From contig JBNRSN020000015.1 in NCBI GenBank assembly GCA_051313645.2, forward strand, positions 105,524,001-105,588,000: a stretch of 64,000 nucleotides of DNA, in the 5' to 3' direction. The notes below the pieces were generated by a model, which saw only the letters and a program-made list of their open reading frames with translations, made no database searches and was not told the DNA's origin. Below, in pieces: positions 22,886 through 36,094 of this stretch. The number at the start of each line of letters is the position of its first letter. Within the stretch, counting starts at the first letter, position 1. The DNA comes from Centroscyllium fabricii. Lineage: Eukaryota. Both the position numbers and the translations under genes were made by a program.

Positions 22886-23243
22886 TCGAGCCTGCTCCGC
22901 CATTCAATGAGATCATGGCTGATCATCCAAACCCAGTACCCTGTGCCTGCCCTCTCCCCATATCCCTCGATCCCTATCGAGCCTGCACCGACACATATCC
23001 CACCCTATCCCCGTAACCCCACATATTCAATCCCCCTAACACTAAGGGTCAATTTATCATGGCCAATCAACCTAACCCGCACATCTTTGGACTGTGGGAG
23101 GAAACCGGAGCACCCGGAGGAAACCCACGCAGACACGGGGAGAATGTGCAAACTCCACACAGATAGTGCCTGAGGCTGGTTTTGAACCCGGGCCCCTGGC
23201 GCTGTGAGGCAACAGTGCTAACCACTATGCCACCGTGCCGCCC
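22886..23243 (-). mobile_element. HE1-like V-SINE (22976-23243) abutting a CR1 3'UTR piece
   Basis: Reverse complement of the 15646 and 59701 SINEs. Confidence 0.9.
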
Positions 23244-23825
23244 ATTTGTTTCCATTTGATTCGATTCTTTCACAAGTTTAGGCGATATTGGGAACACCCA
23301 CTAACTATGCTACTGTAACATTATTAGCTATCATTTGGGTGGAATGTAGAAATGTGTTTTCCTTCTCTTCTCGAGGGAAATATATGATTGGTGTAGTTAA
23401 GGCATTTTGAAAGCAGCTCTTTGTTTTGTCAATGTGCCTTTGAAAATCCACATCTAAAGCAAAGTATAATAACATTTCATCAGTTGGCTGACAGTTGTGT
23501 AGGAGTGCCAGACTATAGAAAAGGAATTTCAGAACACAAGTCGCTTAACTGTTAGTGTACTGCACTTTCTCAGCATTTTGCAATACTGGCTTTATAGATC
23601 TGCATTGCTGAGAGTTACGTATGCTGAAAAAGCAGCTCTATTCCTTTGTTTGGCTTGTCCAGCACCTAACTTTCAAATTAAGTTATGATGGATTTTCCGA
23701 CAATCAGCTGAAACAGCCAAATTAGTTAACTATTGGTTAGACGGACACTTTTTCTTCCCTATTTTCTATCTAATTTTTGTGATATATTCTTTAGTAAAAA
23801 TATTAGTGCCCCCTCCCACCCCACC

Positions 23826-24515
23826 CTAATGGCGCAGCAAGGTTTCCCAGAGAACACCTGAGCTATACAGACCAGGACGATCCCCAGGGTTTGATCCCTG
23901 GCCTGTGGTGAGTTTGCTCATCTGAGCCACGGTGGTGGTGGTAGGTGTTTCCCTCAGTAGACCCTGGATTAGGGAGGGTGGGTTCTGCTACTGATCACTA
24001 TCCAGCAATCCTTGATTGAGGTTCATGCTGATGGATATCAGGTAAGAACAGGATTGGGTGCTGTACAGATGGTGACATTGGTGCCATTTCGTGGTGATGC
24101 ACCAAATACTAGTAATAAGACTTAGCCCAATACCTGCACCAACTGACATAACCAAAAATAAGCTTTGTGCTGCCATGATGGCTCGGTCGGGAAAACTACT
24201 GCCCAATGTGGTACGAAGAAATACACATCGGCAAGGCCCCCAGTTCACTCTGTGATGAGGTAACAGTAGGATTTCTATCACTGATGTCATCGCCCCATGG
24301 CTAAGGATGGAGGAAACCAGCCAGAGTTCCTGCTTCTGATTGCTATCCAGTGACCTGTGCTGGAAAGTGTACATTTGGATACCCGTTGAGGACACAACGA
24401 GACTCACTTGCAATATTTCTCACTATTTCAATGCCAGCACTCATTGTCAAGGCTCACTATTGAACAGTGGCCTTTCAGGATAGGGAGCGGAGGGGTGCTG
24501 GCACTTGTGAAACGT
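23826..24515 (+). mobile_element. Two tandem, decayed LF-SINE-like copies (about 23826-24190 and 24255-24515)
   Basis: ATACAGACCAGGA..GGTTTGATCCCTGG..CTGTGGTGAGTTTGCTCATCTGAGCC; CAGCCAGAGTTCCTGCTTCTGATTGCTATCCAGTGACC..CTGGAAAGTG..CACTCATTGTCAAGGCTCAC match the LF-SINE consensus as recalled. Confidence 0.75.
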
Positions 24516-24583
24516 TAGACCAGTTCAGGGGAGAAGAAAATGCAGACAATAATGATGTGTCCAATAAATCAGTCAGAATCAAT

Positions 24584-25392
24584 GGGGGTGATTTCGCCGG
24601 AAGGGCGGGAACCTGGCGGGGATTGGTCTGGGCCGCATCTGGTCCCGCCCGCCCAAACAGCTGGGAAGGCCACGCAATTAAAATTTAATTCGGTTGTTAA
24701 ATCCACGCCAGCGGCAGCGGGAGGTAATTACCTCAATCGAGTCAGGCTGCAACGGGGCTGCAAGGAGTTTGATTGACAGTTCCAGCACTGGTTGTTGACA
24801 GTTCCCACAGAAACACTCCACTGTGACATCACAGTCGAGTGGAACCAATGGGAAAGGTCAAGTGCTGGTGACTGACAGGTGGGCGGGCGGGCTCAGAATC
24901 CTTGACAGCTCGGCACGGCTGTGAGCAAATGTTCAGAGCTGAGTGTTCTCAGGTTTTGCTCACAGCTGCTGCAGACAGAATGGAGTAACTTACTCTTCTA
25001 AGGTGCTGGAGGCATGCCAAGCATTTGGCAGCATGTCCTTCACATCTTGAAGGAGAAAGTTATAACCAGCGCTGTGCTCCCGCTGGGTTTCACCCAGCGG
25101 GGTTTAAGGTGACGGGGTTAGGGCGGGAAACAGGGCAAAATGGCTGAGGGCCCTTAAAATTGCATTAAAGATGGCAATCAAGGGCCTTTAACAAGGTGAC
25201 AACCCATTCCCGCCGGCCAGCGGCAGGAAGGTTTCTGGGCGGGGAATCTGGGCGGGGGAAAATGAAAAAGCGGCAGGGAGACGGCAGGGGTGGGGGGGGG
25301 TGGGCGGGGGGGGGTGCGGACACGCTGCTTCCGCTATTTTGCCGGCCGGGCCGCCCAAAACCCCGCCTCACGGCCAGATGAAATTCACTCCC
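24584..25392 (+). mobile_element. Harbinger-type MITE, family B (copy 1)
   Basis: TIRs GGGGGTGATTTC / GGGAGTGAATTTC; TSD AAT; three more copies in the window. Confidence 0.88.
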
Positions 25393-25640
25393 AATGTTTC
25401 CAATGACTGATCTTTATCAACATCTAGGGGTAGAGTTTCTGCTTGGGAGCAATCGGCAATCAGGGCACAAAATGCGTCCAGAATTGGCCCGTATTGAGAA
25501 TTGTTTGTTTTCTTGAGTTTTCACTCAAACTTATTTGCATATTGGCAAACACAAAATCTGCCATGATCCAATGCAATCAGGCAGTATTTTAAAGGTTACA
25601 TTTCAAAAAAAAATTGCTTTAAAATATATTCCTTGATATA

Positions 25641-25875
25641 CAGGAATCGCACCCCACTGCGGTTTTGCCTTACACGGATTTCACGTACACACGGTTTCCA
25701 CTCTGCGACAACCACGGTTTTAAATTTAGGAATAAGGTAAATAACATGATTTATATGCTTTTTATATGCTTTTCATATATATTTTTATTGTGTTTAATTG
25801 AATTTGCCAACCACGGTTTTACTAAACATGGGGGTTTTCAGGGACATATTCCCCACGGTTGGGGATGGATCCCTG
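25641..25875. mobile_element. Tc1/mariner (Tigger-like) MITE
   Basis: CAGGAATC..CCCCA / TGGGG..GATCCCTG imperfect TIRs; TA TSD. Confidence 0.75.
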
Positions 25876-26650
25876 TATTTAAGCCTGCGATCTAACCTCT
25901 GGAGACGTGGTGGAAGCAGGACTTCTGATTTCTGGGTTTCAGCCCCGCCCCCAACGACGTCTGACAAACCCACGCTATTTTCCCTTGATTGACCTTGCCG
26001 GCCAATTTAGTTAAAGCCGGTGACAGCTGATGTCAGCATATAAAGCTTCATCTGTGGAAAAACTTTTGACAGATGAATTGTCAGCATTTGACATAAAAAC
26101 ATAGAAGATAGGAGCAGGAGTAGGCTATTCGGCCCCTCGAGCCTGCTCTACCATTCAATGAGATCATGGCTGATCATTTAAATTCAGTACCCGTCCCTAC
26201 CTTCTCCCCATATCCCTTGATACATTTAGCCTTAAGAAATATATCTAACTCCTTCTTTAATATATTTAATAAGTTGGCCTCAACTGCCTATTGTTGTAGA
26301 GAATTCCACAGGGTCACCACGCTCTGGGTGAAGAAATTACTCATCTCAGACCTAAATGGCTTACCCCTTATCCTTAGATGGTGACCCCTGGTTCTAGACT
26401 CCCCCGCCATCGGGAACATCCTTCCTGCATCTCGCCTGTCTAGTCTTGTTAGAATTTTATAAGGTTCAATGAGATCCCCTCTCATTCTTCTAAGCTCCAG
26501 CGAATATAATCTTAATCTACTCAATCTCTCTTCATACGTCATTCCTGCCATCCCAAATCTGCTGAATTTTCACTGCACTCCCTCCATGGCAAGAACATCT
26601 TTCCTCAGATAAGGTGACCAAAACTGTGCACAATACTCAAGGTGTGGTCT

Positions 26651-29600
26651 TGTAGGGAACGGCAGTCCCCTACTCTTCGAAATCGAGAATAACGTCGAGG
26701 GATGCGGAGCAAACGTAAACAGGTCTTTATTGGTTTCGATCCAGAAACAACTGAGTTACAAAAGGCGCGAAAACGCAAAGCATGATGGTGCTTTTGACGG
26801 ACAGCCCACAGGACCAATCAGGGACCGGAACTGTTGATCCAACTAACCAATGGGGAAACAGGGGCGGGACAAACTCTGGAATGTGGATTCTAACTCTTTG
26901 GGGAGATCAGGATGTCTCCCTCTAGTGGCTCTGCTACATACGCCCCTTTAGAATCCGCATGGACATGATAAGTCAACCTCCGAGGAGGCATGACGAGATA
27001 GCCGCTATGAGTGCAATAGGCCGCCGGTGCAGGGGGCGCTAGCGACAAGCCGTGAACAGGACTGGAGGGCGGCTTTTCCGCAGGAGTGAGGGGCAAGACT
27101 GGAGAGCAATCCAGATGCAGAGCAAGAGGTGGAGCCGTACACGAGGGTCTAATTAATGCGGGACCCGCTGGTGGCACGTTTGGGACAAAGAAATGCTCCT
27201 GGCGCGCGACCCGGGGAAACTGTTCAGGCGAGACAGGGTCCAAATGGACAGGTTTAAGCCGGTCAATGGAAACGCTGTCCTGTCGGCCCCCAACCGCGAG
27301 GAGAAAATACTTGTCCACAGCCTCTAGCACCCTGAAAGGGCCAGTACAAGGCACCTGTAAAGGGGTTCTGTAGGCATCACGAAGCACAAAAACAAATTGT
27401 GCCCGTCGGAACTCAGCGAGTACGTGGGACGACCGGGCCCCGAACCGAGAGGTGGGCACAGGAAGGAAACGATGCGTAGCGTCGTTGTGCCGAGCGAGCT
27501 GCTCGCCGGCTGACCAATTCTCGGTGACGGAGGGGAGGAACTCTCCCGGAATGCGCAAGGGTTGTCCAAACACGAGTTCGGCGGAAGACACGCCGAGGTC
27601 ATCCTTGGGGGCGGGGCGTAATCCCAGAAGGACCCAAGGGAGTCTGTCCAACCAGTTGGCGTCGACCAGGCTAGCATGAAGTGAGGCCTTGAGGGCGCGG
27701 TGGAACCGCTCGCAAATACCGTTTGCCTGCGGATGATAAGCAATCATGCGGTGCAACTGCGTCCCCAGGCCAGTGGCGATTGCGCTCCACAGCTGGGAGG
27801 TAAACTGTGGGCCCCTGTCAGAGGTGAGGTCCGACGGAACCCCAACCCGGGCCACCCATGAAGAAATAAAGGCGCGTGCCACATCAGCCGAAGTGGTGGA
27901 AGCAAGGGGTACGACCTCCGGCCACCTGGTAGTGCAGTCCACGATGGTAAGGAGATGGGTAAAACCCTGTGATGGGGGCAAGGGGCCAACCAAATCAACA
28001 TGAACATGATTGAACCGCCGCTCGGGCACCGGAGAATTTTGCAGGGGAGCCTTAGTGTGCTGATGGACCTTAGCGCGTTGGCAGTCCTGGCAGGTGTTAG
28101 TCCAGTTCCGCACATCTTTATGTAGGCCTGGCCAGACAAATTTGGTGGACATGAGCTTCTGAGAAGCTTGCATGCCCAGGTGTGAGAGCCCATGGACCAA
28201 ACCAAAAACGTGCTTGCGCCAGGAGGTGGGCACTAAGGGCCTAGGGGTGGGAACGGAAACGTCACACAAGAGGGGCGTGCCGGCTGCCTGAAAATGAACA
28301 TCCGCTAGGGTCAGGCTGGTGGATGCAGAACGAAGAGCCTGCAGCTCGGAGTCTGCCCGCTGGGCGCGTGCCATCTCTGCGTAATCAACACCAACGTGGA
28401 CCGTGTGGATGGAAGGACAGTAGAGGCAGTCGGCAACGACATTATCCTTACCAGACACGTGACGAATGTCCGTAGTAAATTCTGAAATTAAATTCAGGTG
28501 GCGCTGTTGGCAACCTGACCAGGGTTCTGTGACCTTGGACATGTCAAAAATGAGGGGCTTATGGTCCACGTAAGCAGTGAACGGATGGCCCTCCAAGAGA
28601 AAACGATAGTGCCGCAATGCAAGAAAAAGAGCTAGCAGTTCCCGGTCGAACGTGCTATACGAAAGCTCACTGTTCCACAGTTGGCGGCTAAAAAATGTGA
28701 GGGGTTGCCAGGCACCGTCAACCCATTGTTGCTGAACGGCGCCAATTGCATGATCCGAGGCATCCATCGTGAGCGACAGTGGAGCGCCTGGGATGGGGTG
28801 GGTCAAAAGGGTGGCTTCGACCAGGGCTGACTTAGCGAGGCTAGATCTTGCCCCTGGTGGTCTCGTATGGGGGCACATGATGGAGGTGGCCCTGGGAATG
28901 AACTGGTGATAAAAATGTACCATTCCCAGAAATTCCTGGTGTGCCTTAACCGTGCTGGGCTGGGGAAAATCTGTGACCGCTTTGACTTTAGAGGGTAAAG
29001 GGATGGCTCCCTTCTGCAAGGCCGAATTGGCATTTAACTGGGTTTACATTTAGGCCATGTTGGGCCAATCTCTGAAAAAGAGAATGCAAATGCACAATAT
29101 GTTGAGATTCATCCACGCTGGCAACCAAAATGTCATCGAGATATAGAAATAAAAAGTCCAAGTCCCGAAGGACAGAGTCCATCAACCGTTGGAAAACCTG
29201 TGCCGCATTCTTTAAGCCGAAGGGCATACGTAGGAATTTGAAAAGTCCAAAAGGGGTAATCATTGCCGTCTTTTGGACGTCGTCCAGATGGACCGGGACC
29301 TGGTGGTATCCTCGGATGAGGTCGACTTTTGAAAAAACTGTTTTACCCGCCAAATGTGCCGAAAAGTCTTGAATGTGTGGCACCGGGTATCTGTCCGGCG
29401 TGGTGGCGTCATTGAGGCACCTGTAGTCGCCGCACGGTCTTGGGGACGATGTGGAGCGGGGACAACCACAGGCTGTTCGAAGGATGAATGATCCCCAACT
29501 TCTCCATGGCCGAGAATTCCTGCTTGTTGACCGCCACCTTTGTGGGGTCGAGGCACCTGGCTCGAGCGAACACTGGTGGGCCAGTCGTGGCAATGTAATG

Positions 29601-31092
29601 TCGGACGCCATGTTTGGCCGCCACCTCGGAAAAGGTCAGCTGTGTAATGGTCAGGAACCCGGCCAGTAGGCGCGCATATTTATTGCGAAGACGAGGAGAG
29701 CAGGAGCCCACGAGGGGTTGGCTGTCGCTCCACTGGCAGGGCAGGGAGGTAAAGGTAGACGCGTCCATGAGGCGTCTGCCCCGGACGTCCACGGGCAGGC
29801 CATGGGCACACAGGAAATCCGCGCCCAGCAATGGATGTTCCACATTGGCTGTAACGAAATCCCAGGTGAACCGTTGGCCACCCAGGCGAATCTCCGCCTG
29901 CCGTTTTCCTAAAGTGGCTATGGCTGCGCCATTCACCGCCACGAGGGGTGGGCCACTGCGGCCTGCTTGTCGATCGAGCTGCCTAGCTGGTAGAATGCTA
30001 CATTGAGCCCCGGTGTCTCGGAGGAACTTTTGTCCAGAAAGTGAGTCCATGACGTACAGCAGCTTTCCCGCTGTGCCAATGGCGTTAGCTGTGGCTGGGC
30101 CCTGGTGGCGGTGCGGGGTCGGAGTGTGGGGTTTGGGCACAACCTATTTGCCGTCGAATAAACCAGGTGGTCGGCAGCGATGAGCCTCCGGGCTGAAACG
30201 TGCATGGTAATAACAGAGTCCCGGCTGGGGTTGAGGCATTGCCCACTGCATAGGGGCTGCAAGCCTCGCGGATGCACAGTTAGTGGGTGCACAAAGGCAA
30301 ACACGGTCCACGATGGAGGCCAACTCGGCGTAGGTCCCGCCTCTAACGTTTGCTAAAGCCGATTGCACAGGCTGTGGGAGCAGACTGATGAATAGCGCCC
30401 AAAACAAAGGACAGTCTTTGTGGTCCCTGAGGAGGGCTAGCATGCAATTCATCAGGCGCGTAGGCGTGGAGTCGCCTACGTCTGATAGTTCGAGCAGTTG
30501 CCAGGCCCTTACATCTTCCGGTAAGTCGTGAGCCTGGAGCAGTTAGATCTTAACGGCAGCGTACCTGTTAGTTTGAGGCGGGTCCCACAGCAGGTCCACG
30601 ATGTCGGCGGCAACATAGCTAGGCAGAGCCAAAACAACGAGGCGCTTGAGCAGGAACTGGGCCTCTGTTTCCAAAAATCAAAAGGCTGCATGGTGCTCCC
30701 AAAAGGCGGGGAGGCTGATAGTCGACGGTCTTTCGCTTTGCCCGGCCTCGGGGCTCGCCTTCTGGTCAGCACCTTTTGGGTCTGATCATGTCGGCGTCAC
30801 CAATTGCAGGGAACGGCAGTCACCTACTCTTCAAAATCGATAATAACGTCGAGGGATGCGGTGCAAACGTAAACAGGTCTTTATTGGTTTCGATCCAGAA
30901 ACGACTGAGTTACAAAAGGTGCAAAAACGCAAAGCATGATGGGGCTTTTGATGGACAGCCCACAGGACCAATCAGGGACCGGAACTGTTGATCCAACTAA
31001 CCAATGGGGAAACTGCGGCGTGACCAACTCTGGAATGTGGATTCTATCTCTTTGGGGAGATCGGGATGTCTCCCCCTAGTGGCTCTGCTACA
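26651..31092 (-). mobile_element. Full-length Gypsy LTR retrotransposon, CsRn1 clade, decayed gag-pol
   Basis: 288-bp LTRs 26651-26938 and 30805-31092 (about 94% identical by eye); TSD GTCT; tRNA-Trp-like PBS TGGTGACGCCGACATGAT; PPT; CYYHARF..C gag motif, DTGA, YLDD, RNase H, integrase. Confidence 0.95.
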
Positions 31093-32944
31093 GTCTCATC
31101 AAGGCCCTGTACAACTGCAGCAAGACATCCTTGCTCCTGTACTCAAATCCTCTCGCTATGAAGGCCAACATACCATTTGACTTCTTAACCGCTTGCTGCA
31201 CCTGCATGCTTACCTTCAGTGACTGGTGCACAAGGACACCCAGGTCTCGTTGCACTTCCACTTTTCCCAATCTATTGCCATTCAGATAATAATCTGTCTT
31301 CCTGTTTTTGCCACCAAAGTGGATAACCTCGCATTTATCCACATTATACTGCATCTGCCACGCTTCTGCCCAATCACCCAACCTGTCCAAATCATACTGA
31401 AGTTTCTCTGCATCGTCCTCACAGCACACACGCCCACCCAGCTTTGTGTCATCTACAAACTTGGAGATATTACATCTGGTTCCCTCGTCTAGATCATTAA
31501 TATATATTGTGAATAGCTGGGGTCCTAGCACCGATCCCTGCAGTACCCCACTAGTTATTGCCTGCCACTCGGAAAATGAGCCGTTTATTCCAACTCTTTG
31601 CTTCCTGTCTGCCAACCAGTTCTCTATCCATGTCAGTACCTTACCCCCAATCCCATGTGCTTTGACTTTACATGATAAGCTCTTATGCGGGACCTTATCA
31701 AAAGCCTTCTGAAAGTCCAAATACACCACATCCAGTAGTTCTCCCTTATCTATTCTACCACTTACTTGCTTAAAAATTTCCAGTAGATTAGTCAAGCATG
31801 ATTTACCTTTTGTAAATCCATGTTGACTTTGTCCGATCCTGTCACTGTTTTCGAAGTGCTCTGCTATTACATCTTTTAAAATGGACTCTAGCATTTTCCC
31901 CACTACCGATGTCAGGCTTACCGGTCTATAGTTCCCCGTTTTCTCTCTACCACCTTCTTTAAATAGTGGGGTAACATTTGCTACCCTCCAATCCATGGGA
32001 ACTATTCCAGAGTATATAGAATTTTGGAAGATGACCAACAATGCATCTACTATTTCTAGGACCACTTCCTTTAGTACCATAGGATGTAGATTATCAGGCC
32101 CTGGGGATGTATCGGCCTTCACTCCCCTCAATTTCCCCTAACACCATTTCCCGACAAATACTGATTTCATTCAGTTCCTCTCTCTCATTAAACCCTATGT
32201 TACCTGAAATCTCTGGAAGGTTATTTGTGTCCACTTTTGTGAAGCCATTTCTTTGTTCCCCATTATACATTCCCCTGATTCTGACTGCAAGGGACCTATG
32301 CATGATTTCTTCAATGTTTTATTCTTCATATATCAATGGAAGCTTTTACAGTCAGTTTTTATGTTCCCTGTAAGTTTACTCTCATCTTTTATTTCCCCCT
32401 CTGAATTAATCCCTTTGTCCTCCTTTACTGAATCCAAAACTGCTCCCAATCGTTAGTTTTGCTGCTTTTTCTGGCCAATTTATATGTCCACTCCTTGGAA
32501 CTTATGCTATCCCTAATTTCCCTTGGTAGCCATGGTTGAATCAGCTTTTTTGTTTTATTTTTATGCCAAACAGGGATGAACAAATTCTGTCGCTCATCCA
32601 TTTGATCTTTAAATGTTTACCATTGCCTATCCACCGTCAACCCTTTAAGTAAGATTCCCCAATCCATCCTAGCCAACTTGCGCCTCATACCATCATATTT
32701 TCCTTTATTTAAATTCAGGACCCTCGTCTCTGAGTCAACTACTTCACTCACCACCTTAATGAAGAATTCCATCATATTATGATCGCTCCTTCCCAAGGGG
32801 CCTCACACAACACGATTACTAATTAATCCTTTTTCATTACATAATAGCCAGTCTAAGATGGCCTGATCTCCAGTTGGTTCCTCAACATATTGGTCCAGGA
32901 GGCCATGCAGCATACACTGCAGGAATTCTTCCTCCACAGCATTG

Positions 32945-34183
32945 TCGGTTGATGTCATATATATAGACTTCAGCAAGGCGTTCGACAAGGTCCCGCACGG
33001 TCGACTCATGAAGAAAGTAAGGAGTTGCGGGGTAAACAATGAAGTAGTGAGATGGATTGAGAACTGGCTGGCTCAGAGAAAGCAGAGGGTAGTGGTAGAG
33101 GGCCAATACTCGGGTTGGAGACCGGTCACCAGTGGGGTGCCACAGGGGTCGGTGTTGGGGCCACTACTATTTGTAATCTTTGTCAATGACTTGGAGGAGG
33201 GGACTAAGGGGTGGGTCAGCAAATTTGCAGATGACACAAAGATTGGGGGAGTAGTGGACGAGGAGGAAGGAAGTAGAAGGCTTCAGAGGGATATAGATAG
33301 GATGCAGAGCTGGGCTGAAGAATGGCAAATGGAGTTCAACACGGGGAAATGAGAGGTGATACACTTCGGTAGGGCAAATAGGAATAGGGAATATAGGGTC
33401 AACGGCAGGTTCCTGAGCGAAGCAGAGGAGCAAAGGGATCTGGGAGTATATGTACACAGATCATTGAAGGCTGCCACCCAGGTGGATAAGGCAGTAAAAA
33501 AGGCCTATGGTGTATTGGCCTTCATCAACAGGGGAATAGAGTTTAAGAACCTGGAGGTCATGCTACAGCTGTACAGGTCACTGGTGAGACCACACTTGGA
33601 GTACTGTGTGCAGTTCTGGGCACCGTACTACAGGAGGGATGTGGAGGCGTTGGAGAGGGTACAGAGGAGATTCACCAGGATGCTGCCGGGAATGGGGGGA
33701 AAGTCGTACGAGGAGAGGTTGAGGGAGCTGGGACTCTTCTCCCTGGAGCGGAGAAGGAAGAGGGGGGACTTAATAGAGATGTTTAAGATGATGAAGGGGA
33801 TCGATAGAGTAAACGTGCAGAGACTGTTTCCCCGGGTGGGAAGAACGACAACAAGAGGGCACGAGCTCAAGATTCAAGGAGGAAGATTCAGAAGGGATGG
33901 CAGGGGCAAGTTCTTTACACAGAGAGTGGTCGGGGAGTGGAATAGGCTACCATCTGAAATAGTGGATGTGGACAGTCTGGGAGCTTTTAAAAGGATGATA
34001 GATAGGTACATGGAGGGGAAGGAAGAGTACGGGGGACAGGAAAATTCGGAGATGGACTAAGCGCGGCACTACATTGAGGGCCCAAGGGCCTGTACAGTGC
34101 TGTATGTTCTATGTTCTATGTTCTTTGTTACTGATGTGGTTAACTCAATCTATATGTAGATTAAAGTCTTTATTGCACGCATC
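32945..34183 (+). mobile_element. Young 5'-truncated CR1 (RT C-terminal half, one internal stop)
   Basis: ORFs 32942-33352 and 33356-34060; (TTCTATG)n tail; TTGT at both junctions. Confidence 0.93.
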
Positions 34184-35760
34184 ACTAATTTCCCATTTAA
34201 TGCCACCCCCAACCTCAGGATTACTGTTTGGGGGTCTGTATACAACTCCCACTAACATTTTCTGCCCTTTGGTATTTCTCAGCTCTACCCTGCTCTACCC
34301 ATACAGATTCCACATCATCAGAGCTACTATCCTTCCTTACTATTGTGTTAATCTCCTCTTTAACCAGCAATGCTACCCCACCTCATTTTCCTTTTTGCCT
34401 GTCCTTCCTGATATTGAATAACCCTGGATGTTGAATTCCCAGCCTTGGTCACCCTGGAGCCATGTCTCCGTAATTACAATTACATCATATCCTTTAACAT
34501 CTATTTGCACAGCTAATTCATCGACCTTATTATGAATGATCCTCGCATTAAGACACAAAGACTTCAGGCTTGTTTTTTTAACACTATAGTCCTTTTAGAA
34601 TTGTTATTTACTGTAGCCCTGTTTGAATTACACCCTTGATTTCTCTGCCTTCCACTTTTGCTTTTCTCTTTCCTGTCTTTTGTTTCTATCTTTGCTTCCC
34701 TTTCCTCTGTCTCCCTGCACAGGTTCCCAACCCCCTGCCATTTTCATTAAAACCCTCCCCAACAGCACTAGCAAACACTCCCCCTAGGTGATTGGTCCTG
34801 GTCCCTCCCAGGTGCAAACCATCCAGTTTTTGCTTGTCCCACCTTCCCTAGAACTGGTTCCAATGTCCCAGGAATTTGAATCCCTCCCCCTCGCACCATT
34901 CCTCTAGCCACATATTCATCTGAAATATCCTTCTATTTCTACTCTGACTAGCATGTGGCACTGGTAGCAATCCTGAGATTACTACCTTTGAGGACCTATT
35001 TTTTAATTTACCTCCTAACTCCCTATATTCAGCTTTTTGGACCTCATCCCATGTTTTTACCTATATCGCTGGTAACTATATGCACCATGACAACTGGTTG
35101 TTCACCCTCCCCTTCCAGAATGCCCTTCAGCCCCCCGAGACATCCTTGAGCCTTGCACCTGGGAGCCAACATACCATCATGCAGTCTTGTTTACGGCCGC
35201 AGAAACACCTATCTATTCCCCTTACAATAGAATCCCCTATCACTATAGCTCTCCCAGTCTTTTTCCTCCTGTTCTGTGCAGCAGAACCACCCATAGTGCC
35301 AGGAAGCCTTCCCCCGATAAGCCATCCCCCTCAATAATATCCAAATTGGTATATCAGTTTGAGAGGGGGATGGACACGGGGACCCCTGCAATACCTGCCT
35401 GCAACTACTCCTCTGCCTGGTGGTCACCCATTCCCTTCCTGCCTGTGCAGCCTTTACCTGTGATGTGACCTACTCCCTAAACATGTTATCCACGATGTCC
35501 TCAGCATCGCAAATGCTCCAGTTTGTATCGATTTGCAGCTTCAGCGCCGCAATACAGTCTGTCAGTAGCTGCAGCTGGATACACTTCCTGCACATATGCT
35601 CATCAGGGACACAGGAAGTGTCCCTGTGTTCCCACATAGCACAGGAGAGCATGCCACGGGGCCAAGCTGTCCTGCCATGACTTACCCTTTAATTAATTTA
35701 AATTAATTTAAATCAAATCAATATCACCACTTACACGACAATTAAATTAAACTCAAGGAC

Positions 35761-36006
35761 TGATGTGACAAAAGAGACCTACACATCAATAACTCTAAGC
35801 AAAGCTTTAATCAACTATTTACAGAGTTAGAGTTTCACATGCTTACAGGGGAAGCATCATCCCAGACTGGATAGCAGCAGAACTTATACCACTAGACAGG
35901 AAGTGACGTATATACAGGAAGTGACATGTAAAAAGGAAATGATGTCACAGGAAATACATATGCAGAGTTCATTAGACTTTCTGCCGGAAGTTTCAATATC
36001 ACCACA
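35761..36006 (-). mobile_element. Solo LTR (246 bp) with Mag-like termini
   Basis: TG..CA; 5-bp TSD AGGAC; minus strand TGTGGT...CACATCA like the LTRs at 45426 and 59663; repeated CAGGAAGTGAC. Confidence 0.85.
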
Positions 36007-36094
36007 AGGACCCTTGGTTACTAGCACTCCCCGATACACAACAGAGACCTTAGAAACTATAACCACAAAAATTAAGTCCTTCTAAATTTTATAA

